IMG/VR virus record: IMGVR_UViG_3300037139_000049 | Location: 1-54,241 of that record | Source of the DNA: a virus | Taxonomy: Duplodnaviria > Caudoviricetes | Reading direction: 5' to 3' (one strand) | DNA: 54,241 nucleotides | In this document: positions 27,261 to 35,471 of the stretch, one piece after another | How the letters are laid out: every line of letters begins with the position of its first letter | Numbering within the stretch: the stretch's first letter is position 1 | Translations under genes and position numbers: made by a program | The notes under the pieces: generated by a model | Told to the model about the DNA's origin: nothing | The model's input: the letters and a program-made list of their open reading frames with translations, nothing else | Databases searched by the model: none

Positions 27261-28553
27261 ATGCCTGCCACGATCCAACCCGCCCGCAACGGCTTTCGAC
27301 AGATGGTCCGCGAACCCGCGCAGGCGGCACGGGCGCAGGCCACGCAGCAGCTCCACGTCGTCACTGACCCGACAGAAGCCAGCGGCGATCCGGTGCATGG
27401 GCACGCCACGGTGGTCATCGGGCCGCTGGCGGCGATCACGGGCCTCTCGGGGTTCGGCGTGGCGGTCTACACGAGCGGCAAATGGGTCCAGGTCACGGGC
27501 GGCGGCGGTGGTGGGGGTGGCGAAGAATACAAAGCCGGGGAAGGGCTTACAGAATCCGGCTCCAAACCCGTCGAATTCAAGATCAAAGCCCTAGGCATCG
27601 CCACGGGGATGTACGCCGCTGGCTCGATCACCACGACCAAGCTGGCGGAAGGGACGGTCACGCTCGAAAAGCTGTCCTCGGCGGTGCAGACCAAACTCGG
27701 GGAAATCAAAGCCTACACGGCTAAAGCGGCGGGCGGCCTGGAACTCTCGGGTACGGAATTCCTCGTCAAAGCCGAAGGCATCACGAACGCGATGATCGTG
27801 GCCGCCGCAGGTATCCCCGAATCGAAGCTGTCGCTGCCGGAAATGGTCAAACTGACGGGCACGCAGACGGTCACGGGCACCAAGAAATTCATCACGCCGA
27901 CACCCGCCTCCACCAGCAGCAGGGCAGGGACGAACTCCATAGAAGCGATCAAGGTCGAAACGGGTGCAGGTGGGGTCAGCACCAATGTTGAATCGACGGG
28001 AGGCAACTCTGCGCCTGTCATCGTAAAAGTGGGCGCAGGAGCAGCTTCCACCGGCTCAACGAGGGCACGCGGCGGCAATAGTGGCGAAATATCCCTGCAG
28101 ATAGGTGCCGGTGGGGCAGCGACCTCCTCGGCGGGGGAAAGCTACGGAGGGGTAGGGGGACCGTTCAGTTTCAACGCTGGCGCCGGCGGTGCGGCGCTCG
28201 GCAAAGGCGAAGAAAACGAAGGCGGCGAAGGCGGCGCTTTCGTGTTCGGTGCGGGTAAAGGCGGGGAAGCCAAAAACGGAACGGAAGCCAACGTAGGAGG
28301 GAAAGGCGGCAACCTGACATTCAGCGCTGGTGGTGGTGGTGCAGCCGCGGGGACGGGCGCAAAAGTAGGAGCTTCGGGCGTCATCAAATTCAACTTCGGC
28401 TACGCATACTTTGAAAAAAGCATTGGGGTGTGGAACGTGACTGCGCCAACGTCGCAGCACGCAGCGATAACTAACCCCACGACGCTGCTCGAAGTCGCCG
28501 CGGCCTTCAAAGAACTCAACGAAGTCGTCAAAGCCTACGGGCTCACGAAATAG
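27261..28553 (+). CDS. Tail fibre / minor tail protein, Gly-rich
   Basis: Fibre motifs Y.AG.GL, GSITTTKLA, QTVTG.K.F; Gly-rich C-terminal repeats. Confidence 0.75.
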   Translation: MPATIQPARNGFRQMVREPAQAARAQATQQLHVVTDPTEASGDPVHGHATVVIGPLAAITGLSGFGVAVYTSGKWVQVTGGGGGGGGEEYKAGEGLTESGSKPVEFKIKALGIATGMYAAGSITTTKLAEGTVTLEKLSSAVQTKLGEIKAYTAKAAGGLELSGTEFLVKAEGITNAMIVAAAGIPESKLSLPEMVKLTGTQTVTGTKKFITPTPASTSSRAGTNSIEAIKVETGAGGVSTNVESTGGNSAPVIVKVGAGAASTGSTRARGGNSGEISLQIGAGGAATSSAGESYGGVGGPFSFNAGAGGAALGKGEENEGGEGGAFVFGAGKGGEAKNGTEANVGGKGGNLTFSAGGGGAAAGTGAKVGASGVIKFNFGYAYFEKSIGVWNVTAPTSQHAAITNPTTLLEVAAAFKELNEVVKAYGLTK

Positions 28554-28561
28554 GAAGACTC

Positions 28562-28783
28562 ATGGCTCAAGCGGAACTAGCCGTCGCCTACAACATCAAG
28601 AAAGCGGCAGTCGACCCCTACGTCAAAGCGTTCTGTGCGCTCACGGGGCAGCCCGAACCGCCCAAGGGCGAAGTCACGGTGCCCGAGTTCCATTCACTGC
28701 TCCGCGCGGTGATGAACAAGGTGGAAGGCGACTATCAGCGCGCGAACTTCGTCCCGGTCCCTGCGGAAGGGGCGAACGAATGA
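28562..28783 (+). CDS. Hypothetical protein (possible fibre chaperone)
   Basis: AGGA SD; follows the fibre gene. Confidence 0.65.
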   Translation: MAQAELAVAYNIKKAAVDPYVKAFCALTGQPEPPKGEVTVPEFHSLLRAVMNKVEGDYQRANFVPVPAEGANE

Positions 28784-29052
28784 CCGCCCGCAAACGCACG
28801 CCCCGCAAGACGCCGCCGGGGACCAAGCCGTTGCCGAGGAAGATCAGCCCCGCCGATCTGACCGCACGCAAGGAGCTGCAGGAGCGAGACGCGATGCTCG
28901 GACAAGCCCGCGCGGATATCGAGACAGAGATCGTCAAGCTCGCCGGCCGTTGGGAACAACTGCGCGAGATGCACGGAGAGAAGTATCGGATGAGCCCCGC
29001 CGACACGATCGGCGATGATGGCGGTATCGTGAGGGCCGATGCCGACCGTTGA
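28780..29052 (+). CDS. Hypothetical coiled-coil protein
   Basis: ATGA overlap. Confidence 0.65.
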   Translation: MTARKRTPRKTPPGTKPLPRKISPADLTARKELQERDAMLGQARADIETEIVKLAGRWEQLREMHGEKYRMSPADTIGDDGGIVRADADR

Positions 29053-29497
29053 GAAGCTCCTACCCGCGGTAACGGTCCTCTCGGGGCCAGCAGAGAGCCG
29101 TGAGCAGGTCGCTGAGGCCCTGCAAGGCGTTGGGCTGAAGGTGATGCAGGATGTCCTCGACGGAAGGGGCCAGCACTGTGTCCCCGTCGAGCACGGCCTG
29201 CCGTCCTATCCGAACCCCGCGGCAGCCAAGAAGGCCAAGCGTCCCTACTCGGGCCACACGCCCGGCACCCTGCTCGACGACGAGGGGTACGAAGAGGACC
29301 CGCGCATCGCGTGGCTGACCGTCGAGGGGGAACGGATGGATGAGGCCGTTCGAGTTGCTGAACCCCTCGGCTGGCAATACAGGATGCACTCCGCCGAGAG
29401 CCGGATGGTGGTTGAGGAGCTGAGCGTCGAGGAGCATCTGGCCGCGATCGACGCCCACCGAGCCGAGGTCGACGCGCTGCTGAGGGACCGGGCATGA
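29039..29497 (+). CDS. Hypothetical protein
   Basis: GAGG SD; GC3-rich codon usage. Confidence 0.65.
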   Translation: MPTVEKLLPAVTVLSGPAESREQVAEALQGVGLKVMQDVLDGRGQHCVPVEHGLPSYPNPAAAKKAKRPYSGHTPGTLLDDEGYEEDPRIAWLTVEGERMDEAVRVAEPLGWQYRMHSAESRMVVEELSVEEHLAAIDAHRAEVDALLRDRA

Positions 29498-29508
29498 CGG
29501 TCGCGGCG

Positions 29509-30090
29509 CTAGTCAAGCCATGCCCAGTTTCTGCGGTGGATGATGTCGTAAATGGACCCCTGCGTGACGCCGTAGAGCCGCGCGAGCGCCCGCTGGGAGA
29601 CGCCGCCTGCGCCGTAGGTGGTGCGAATCGCACGCACCTCCCCCTCGGTGAGCTTCGATCCCTTGACCGTGCGGCCGCGGGGAACGGGAGCGCGGCGCCC
29701 CTTGGCGGCCATGTCGTCCATGTTGTCCTGGTGCGTTCCGAGAAACCAATGCTCCGGTGTCTGGCAGGCGGGAACGTCGCAGGTATGCAGAACGAAGTAA
29801 CCATCGGGAATCGGCCCAACCAAGTGGGCGTAGCCGTAGCGGGAAGCGGTCCAAGTGGTTTGACGCCCAGCTCGACCAGTATTGAACTTGCCGTAGCCTT
29901 TGCGACCCCTTCCCGCCATCCACAGACGACATCCGTTCTCGTCGGGCGGTGCGCACTTCGACAGGTAGCGCTCAAGGTCCGTCAAGCGCATCGAGTCCGT
30001 CGTGCCGTGGACCCGCCAGCGGCGAAGATGCATCGGACACCAGCCGCGTGCCCATGCGGTTTTGGTGCAGCCCTCGACCGTACATTCCAT
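29509..30090 (-). CDS. Free-standing HNH homing endonuclease with C-terminal HTH
   Basis: C.VEGC.....GWC.MH, GYG, VLHTCDVPAC..P.H...GT..DN..DM, KLTE..V..IR, LA..YGV; TATAAT-6nt-ATG leaderless promoter at 30097-30102. Confidence 0.9.
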   Translation of the reverse strand: MECTVEGCTKTAWARGWCPMHLRRWRVHGTTDSMRLTDLERYLSKCAPPDENGCRLWMAGRGRKGYGKFNTGRAGRQTTWTASRYGYAHLVGPIPDGYFVLHTCDVPACQTPEHWFLGTHQDNMDDMAAKGRRAPVPRGRTVKGSKLTEGEVRAIRTTYGAGGVSQRALARLYGVTQGSIYDIIHRRNWAWLD

Positions 30091-30123
30091 CCTTCGATTA
30101 TAGCGAATAGGGGCTGAGCAGCT

Positions 30124-31023
30124 ATCACCGTCGCGGCCATCCCAGCGTACATTCAGTCCGGCTCCCACAGCAGCCAGCTATTCAGACAGGCGATCTCCTC
30201 GCTGTTGAACTCGGCCGGCGGGACGGTAGGCGCCGGTGGCCTTCTCGTCAGCGAACACGTCGCAGCGAACATGAGCGTGAACGTGCTTGGCGGTGCGCCG
30301 GAAAAAGGCGGCATCTGGGTCCCCGGTACGAGCTCCGCTGGTATCCAGGGCGAGTATTACGGCTGGAACGAAAGCACGACCAACGTCGGTATCAGCGCAT
30401 CCTCGGCGTCCAACAACCGCACCGATCAGATCGTTGCGCAGGTCAAGGATGCGTTCTACGCCGGGGCCGAATCCCTGTTCACGCTCTCCTATGTCGCGGG
30501 CACAGCCGAAGCGGGCGTCACGAAAGAAAACCACAAAGGTGCGGGGGCGCTTCCGGCTAGCTCGTTGCTCTTGGCCTACGTGTTTGTGGAAGCCAGCGTG
30601 GCGTCGATCACGAATGCGGCGATCACGAACGTTGTAGCTCAGGCGACCCCTGGCGTAACTGGCGCTAGTTACCGAGAAGGCACTGCACGGCCAGCAGCTG
30701 CGGTCAAAGGGCGCGTCTACTACGCCACCGACACAAAGACCTTCTCAGTCGACTCGGGGTCCGCGTGGCTCCCGATCTCACGGGTGGCGACATACGGGGC
30801 CACGGCCGAAGGTATCTCTGGGACTGGGCTCCTGATCACCGAAAGCCGCACGCATGTCTGGGTTGGATGCTCAGCCGTGCTCACCGAAATCAACGTGGGC
30901 GGTGTCCAGCTGAACATTGAAGGCAGCCCCCACAACGCCTCGTTTATCGTCGACGTGGGGCAGGAATTCGCCGTGAAAACGACCGGCGGCGTGAACTACA
31001 AGTACAACCTCAAGCTCTTCTAG
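30124..31023 (+). CDS. Minor tail protein; start uncertain (ATC 30124 or TTG 30205)
   Basis: Open frame from 30118 reading ITVAAIPAYIQSGSHSSQLFRQ; MSVNV..G, RTD.IVA.V.D..Y, LPASSLLLA.V.V motifs. Confidence 0.75.
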   Translation: MTVAAIPAYIQSGSHSSQLFRQAISSLLNSAGGTVGAGGLLVSEHVAANMSVNVLGGAPEKGGIWVPGTSSAGIQGEYYGWNESTTNVGISASSASNNRTDQIVAQVKDAFYAGAESLFTLSYVAGTAEAGVTKENHKGAGALPASSLLLAYVFVEASVASITNAAITNVVAQATPGVTGASYREGTARPAAAVKGRVYYATDTKTFSVDSGSAWLPISRVATYGATAEGISGTGLLITESRTHVWVGCSAVLTEINVGGVQLNIEGSPHNASFIVDVGQEFAVKTTGGVNYKYNLKLF

Positions 31024-32300
31024 CGCACTTCCACGCTCGCGCTCGGCCCCGCCTCGTCTCCGTAATGCGAATCCGCCGAGGCATACCCAACGTTCACAGG
31101 GTAGTCACCCGCCTTGGGGTACACAAGCGAGCACTGAGCAACAGCCTGCCCCGAGCCGTTGAATACTTCGCTGCAGTCCGCTGAGCCGTCGAGATCGTTC
31201 GTCGTTTCAGCATCCGGGGCGGTGAAGGCCATGAAGCCGAGTGGGGTTTCGTCACCGGGGAAGTTGCCGGTGGCGGCGGCTTTGAGGATGAGCCGTTCGC
31301 CCACGTTGAGGATGATGGGGTCCGGCGGGGCGCCCTTGCCGAACGTCCCGGCCCTGCCGCTGGTCCCAATCTCCCAGCCCGCCCACGAGAGGGTGGCCGC
31401 GTAGGCCGTGACCTTCGGGATGATCGGCAGGCTCTCGGGCGCCCATTCTTCTGTGAGCTGGCGTTCGCCGTTCGGAGCGACCAGTTGGGTGATCGTCGCG
31501 CCCGTGCCGCCGGGGTAGTTGACCGTGAGGCTCGAGGGCGTTCCGAGCATCGAACAGGAGGCTTCATAGTCAGACACCTGTGCTTGGCAACTCTGGCCTT
31601 CCTGATCTTCAATCCCGACCGAGGCCGCTCCTTGCCAATTCGGCGAGGTCAAGGTGATCTGAGCGGTCCCGTTTTCAACGGTGGCCTTGGCGCTCGGTGC
31701 GGGCCATGCTTTCGTGATCGTCGCAGCCGGTGGCTCGATCCGGTCGACCTCGCCCTCGGTGGCGCTCAGGCCACCTGAGACGTATGCGGTGATGACCGAG
31801 TGGTTGCCGTAGGAGGAATAGAGCACGGGGCACTGGCCGCCGTTGGCTGGCCCTCCGACGTTGATCGCGCACTCAAGGCTGCCGTCGGAGTAGAGGAACA
31901 GGATTCCGCTCGGGAGGTTCTGTTCGGCCACGTCCCCGATGCTCGCGCTGGCAGAGAAGCTGTAGGTCACGCTAAGCGCGTCTGAGGGGTCCTGCTTGAA
32001 GGTTGGGTCCAGGTGGGCGTGGAGGGCCACAGGGGGCACGGGAGCGGGCGCAGGGGCCGCAATGGCCGGTTCGGGCACAATGACGATTTCCTCGATGGCC
32101 GGGGCCTTGGCCTTCGGTGCGATGTAGACGCAGAGCGTTCGCTTGACGCGGTGGCCGTGGACCTTGACGTGCTCGACGCGCTTCCAGTAGTGGACGCGGC
32201 AGTGTTCGTGCTTTGGGTGGTGCAGGACGTAGGACTTGCCTTCTGCCAGCGCGGGGAACGCGAGGGCGGCGAGGAGGAGGGCTGGGAGCAGGCGTCTCAT
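31020..32300 (-). CDS. Secreted beta-rich (Ig-like) protein
   Basis: Signal peptide MRRLLPALLLAALAFPALA, His/Lys-rich segment, Cys-paired beta domains. Confidence 0.75.
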   Translation of the reverse strand: MRRLLPALLLAALAFPALAEGKSYVLHHPKHEHCRVHYWKRVEHVKVHGHRVKRTLCVYIAPKAKAPAIEEIVIVPEPAIAAPAPAPVPPVALHAHLDPTFKQDPSDALSVTYSFSASASIGDVAEQNLPSGILFLYSDGSLECAINVGGPANGGQCPVLYSSYGNHSVITAYVSGGLSATEGEVDRIEPPAATITKAWPAPSAKATVENGTAQITLTSPNWQGAASVGIEDQEGQSCQAQVSDYEASCSMLGTPSSLTVNYPGGTGATITQLVAPNGERQLTEEWAPESLPIIPKVTAYAATLSWAGWEIGTSGRAGTFGKGAPPDPIILNVGERLILKAAATGNFPGDETPLGFMAFTAPDAETTNDLDGSADCSEVFNGSGQAVAQCSLVYPKAGDYPVNVGYASADSHYGDEAGPSASVEVR

Positions 32301-32515
32301 GGCTCTTTCCAATCGCGCGCCGCACGGACCATCGCTTCCATCGGTACGGCTAGGCGCTCACCGAGATTGCGTCCGAGCTCGTCAACGGCTTGTCTGAGCT
32401 TCTCGGCTTCCTCGAAGTACGTTGGCTGCGAGGGTCCGCGTAGAAACAGCACACCGATGATCCATCCGCCGATCAGGCCAAGCACGATGGCCGACACGAT
32501 CGCCAGCGCGATCAT
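32297..32515 (-). CDS. Small membrane protein
   Basis: N-terminal TM helix; ATGA overlaps. Confidence 0.65.
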   Translation of the reverse strand: MIALAIVSAIVLGLIGGWIIGVLFLRGPSQPTYFEEAEKLRQAVDELGRNLGERLAVPMEAMVRAARDWKEP

Positions 32516-32739
32516 CGTGACCTCGCCAGCGCGTCGGACTCCTGAGCCTCGCGTAAGCCGGCCACGATGGCGTCCTGCACGAGCCGATGATACGGCCCGT
32601 CGAGGTCGTAGGAGAGGCCCCGATACCACAGGATCGCCTTCTCGAAATCTCCTCCGCTAACGGCTACGGCCAAGGCCGTCTGGCATGCCGCCTGGCGCAT
32701 CGCATTACAGGCTGTGGAGAGGACGTCGTCTTCGTTCAT
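32512..32739 (-). CDS. Hypothetical protein
   Basis: ATGA overlaps on both sides. Confidence 0.6.
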   Translation of the reverse strand: MNEDDVLSTACNAMRQAACQTALAVAVSGGDFEKAILWYRGLSYDLDGPYHRLVQDAIVAGLREAQESDALARSR

Positions 32740-32990
32740 TCGGACTGCTTTAGTCGCTTAGCTTCGCGCAGGGCTTCTTCGGTCGCCTTGTCTTCCTTGC
32801 CAGCGGCTTCGCGGTTCTTCTGGGCTTCGCACTGAGAGGCGAAGGTCGCGTTACTCGGTTCGAGTTCGTGGGCTTCGCACGGAGCGCCCTGCTTGGCTCG
32901 ATCACTGGCGACTTCGGAGCTTGAGCCACAGCCCGCAAGTGCGAGGGTGGCGAGGACAAAAACCAGCAAGAAGTGTTTCGTCTTAGGCAT
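32736..32990 (-). CDS. Lipoprotein
   Basis: Lipobox LALAGC; leaderless start. Confidence 0.75.
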   Translation of the reverse strand: MPKTKHFLLVFVLATLALAGCGSSSEVASDRAKQGAPCEAHELEPSNATFASQCEAQKNREAAGKEDKATEEALREAKRLKQSE

Positions 32991-32996
32991 TGACTG

Positions 32997-33026
32997 AGGT
33001 TAGCACGTCCTAGTCGCGACTGTCAA
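32997..33026 (-). promoter_or_regulatory. Strong sigma70-type promoter TTGACA-18nt-TAACCT (extended -10 TG), leaderless
   Basis: Reverse complement ttgacagtcgcgactaggacgtgctaacctcagtcaATG. Confidence 0.8.
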
Positions 33027-33168
33027 GGACTTCGGCCAGCGTCCTTGGAACGGTAGGGAACGACGGGAGCTTGCGCAGCTCGTCCTCAAGGTCGATGATC
33101 CGTTTGATGATCTGCTGGCGGTCTTGTGCTCGCCGTGCTGCTCTGAGGTGCTTCTCATTGGTTGTCAT
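33010..33168 (-). CDS. Small hypothetical protein
   Basis: MTTNEKHLRAARR...; GAAGGT SD-like. Confidence 0.5.
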   Translation of the reverse strand: MTTNEKHLRAARRAQDRQQIIKRIIDLEDELRKLPSFPTVPRTLAEVLDSRD

Positions 33169-33180
33169 GCCTACACCTTC

Positions 33181-33403
33181 GGCCAGATGATCGTCGAACT
33201 TGAGCAAGCTCAACAGATGTACGATCGGGACCCGTTGGCCTCCCCTACCGCTGCCGTGTAAAAACAAGTCCTCAGAAGAAACAACACGGCAGATTCGGGA
33301 AGTCCGAGTCGATAGCCGGGCAGGGACACGATCCACGATGACCCGACGCGAGGCCCCTCTGACGGGCGAGCGAGGCAGGCTAGCCAAATGCTGGTGTTCT
33401 TGC
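33181..33403 (+). ncRNA. Candidate structured RNA
   Basis: Several nested stems (see findings); no convincing ORF. Confidence 0.4.
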
Positions 33404-33442
33404 TAACCTAGAGCCACGGCCTGAACACCGTGATCGTAGCAA

Positions 33443-33473
33443 GCGGCCCGCCCTTTGCCCGGCGGGTCGTTCT
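33443..33473 (+). terminator. Hairpin terminator-like element
   Basis: GCGGCCCGCC-ctttgccc-GGCGGGTCGT-tct. Confidence 0.55.
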
Positions 33474-33496
33474 GCGTCTAGGGGTAGACTGAGCCC

Positions 33497-33634
33497 ATGA
33501 GCCTCATCGAGCTCCTGCTGGTCGTGCTGATCATCCTGCTGCTGGTCGGGTCGGTGGCCGTCTCGCCGCTGATCCTGCTTGTGATCGTGGTGGTCGTGCT
33601 GTTCTACTTCGCGGGTCCGCGACTGCGGCGCTGA
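33497..33634 (+). CDS. Small hydrophobic membrane protein (45 aa, absent from the ORF track)
   Basis: MSLIELLLVVLIILLLVGSVAVSPLILLVIVVVVLFYFAGPRLRR; TAGACT-6nt-ATG. Confidence 0.7.
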   Translation: MSLIELLLVVLIILLLVGSVAVSPLILLVIVVVVLFYFAGPRLRR

Positions 33635-33990
33635 TGAGCTGGCTACCGGGAATCAACCGGCTCGAAGCCCAGCTAGAGGCTGACCGCAACGCGACCCGAG
33701 ACCATCGCACCTGGGAGGGCGATGCTTTGCGGGCGATCAAGACCGAAGCTGGCGAGATCAAGGACCGGGTAGACGCGACGAACGGCAAAGTGGCCGACCA
33801 TGCCATCGAGATCGCCGTGATCAAAGAGGCCGAAAGGCAGGCGGCCATAATGCAGGCGGCCAAGATCGAAGCCGACGCCGTGATCGTAGCTAAGCGTCTG
33901 ACGTGGAGACAGGGCCTCACCTTTGGGGCCTTCGGAGCGCTCGCCTCGGGGATCGTGCTGGCCATTATCTACGGCTCGGGTATCGCGTGA
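33634..33990 (+). CDS. Membrane-anchored coiled-coil protein (lysis block)
   Basis: TNGKV motif, C-terminal TM helix. Confidence 0.7.
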   Translation: MSWLPGINRLEAQLEADRNATRDHRTWEGDALRAIKTEAGEIKDRVDATNGKVADHAIEIAVIKEAERQAAIMQAAKIEADAVIVAKRLTWRQGLTFGAFGALASGIVLAIIYGSGIA

Positions 33991-34352
33991 TGCCCGATTC
34001 GGACCGTCGCGCGCAACGGCATGCAATGGGGACGGGGCTCCTTGTCGCTCTCGCTGTCGCCGTGACGGTGGGCCTGATCGGCAACGCCGTCATCGGCCTG
34101 CGGAACACGGCTCGCATCGACCAGCTCAATACCCAGCTGACCAGGACGGTCAGCGCAAGCGCCCGCACGCGGATCACGACCGTCCAGCAGCGCTGTGATC
34201 TGACGGACCACATCTATAACTGGACGCTGAAGGCGCATGTTGGCCCGACGCCGTCGGAAGTAAAGGCATCGGTCGAGTGGTTCCTGTCGAGTTATGAGGG
34301 CTGCGAGAAGCAGCTCCAGACCGTCGAGCGGATCGCAAGGGCCGCGCCGTGA
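33990..34352 (+). CDS. Membrane protein (lysis block)
   Basis: N-terminal TM helix, coiled coil, two Cys. Confidence 0.65.
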   Translation: MPDSDRRAQRHAMGTGLLVALAVAVTVGLIGNAVIGLRNTARIDQLNTQLTRTVSASARTRITTVQQRCDLTDHIYNWTLKAHVGPTPSEVKASVEWFLSSYEGCEKQLQTVERIARAAP

Positions 34353-34603
34353 TCCTCGCCGCCTGGGTCTTCTGGGAACCCGTTTTCACGGACACCCCCA
34401 TCGAACTGTTCGGCTCGATAGCCGTCGTGGCGATCCTCGCGGGCGGCTACAGGCACCTGTGTTGTCACCAGAGCGGCTGCTATCGCCTTGGCAGGTTCCC
34501 TCATGGCCACCTTCGCCTCTGCCGCGCCCATCATCCCCTAGTGCCCAGCGGCGGTAAGATCACGCAGACACACATCGACGCAGAGACACAGCGCAAAGCA
34601 TGA
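34349..34603 (+). CDS. Membrane protein with Cys/His motif
   Basis: TM helix then CH..GC.RLG...LC..HHP. Confidence 0.65.
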   Translation: MILAAWVFWEPVFTDTPIELFGSIAVVAILAGGYRHLCCHQSGCYRLGRFPHGHLRLCRAHHPLVPSGGKITQTHIDAETQRKA

Positions 34604-35463
34604 GGCGATTCCTCCCACTACTGGCGCTCTTGGCCCTCACGGGCTGCGGGAAAGCCACCCAGACGGTCACCCAGACGGTTCCCGGCCAACAGGGATGCCT
34701 CACGCCGAACGGGATCTGCAAAGCGCCGCAGGCGATCAAGCCGACCACGCAACTACGCAAGGCTCGGACCTTCCCCGACGTGTGGGAAGGCGACCCGTAC
34801 ACGACCTACCACGGCCCGCAGGTCATCCGCCTGTCCTACGGCGACCACTTCTACGACCACCACGTCTACACGAACGCGGCGAGGCTCAGATCGTGGGGCG
34901 TGTGGTTCGGCGGCTACGTCTACCTGACCGGCAACGGCTGCACTCGGGAAGCCGAATACACGGTGCGCGAGCTCGGCTCCATCGGTGCGATCAACGGCCC
35001 GGTCATCCCCGACGGTGAGATCACGCTCCCGCGCGGCTACGTCGCCTGCTTCGAGAACTACATCCGAGCGCACACCCGCTATCCGACGGTGGAGTACACG
35101 GGCTGCTACTCGGGCATTGAACGGATCGGGCGCGTGTGGGTGCCGGACTATGGGGCAACGCCGCCGTGTGGCCCGCGCTTGGCCTGGCAATACTCCGAAG
35201 CTGCTGTTTGCGGTGAGCCGTGGGCTGGCGACTGTTCGGTTGACGAAGGGATCACGGCGATCGGGCCAGCGAAGCCAAAGCCACCGCCGCCTTCCCTCGC
35301 TGCCCTCCTGCACACCCGCGCGCTGCTCAGGGCCGACCTTACCCGTCATCGCTGCCGTGTGGCGCCGTACCACGGCCGCGGTCGATACCACGCTGTCTGC
35401 GCCCATTGGCTCAGCTACGGCGCGTCCGTAAATCGCCAGATCAAGGCCCTCGGGGGCCACTAG
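34600..35463 (+). CDS. Putative endolysin, GH25-like muramidase with lipoprotein signal
   Basis: Lipobox LALTGC; PDV..., PV.PDGE (DxE), WV.DY, AWQYS, D.S motifs. Confidence 0.65.
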   Translation: MRRFLPLLALLALTGCGKATQTVTQTVPGQQGCLTPNGICKAPQAIKPTTQLRKARTFPDVWEGDPYTTYHGPQVIRLSYGDHFYDHHVYTNAARLRSWGVWFGGYVYLTGNGCTREAEYTVRELGSIGAINGPVIPDGEITLPRGYVACFENYIRAHTRYPTVEYTGCYSGIERIGRVWVPDYGATPPCGPRLAWQYSEAAVCGEPWAGDCSVDEGITAIGPAKPKPPPPSLAALLHTRALLRADLTRHRCRVAPYHGRGRYHAVCAHWLSYGASVNRQIKALGGH

Positions 35464-35471
35464 GAGGCACC

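Noticed and set aside
27261-31023. Diversity-generating retroelement as the source of A-rich tail codons
   Set aside because: No reverse transcriptase or template/variable repeat pair seen, and DGRs mutate away from template adenines in short regions only
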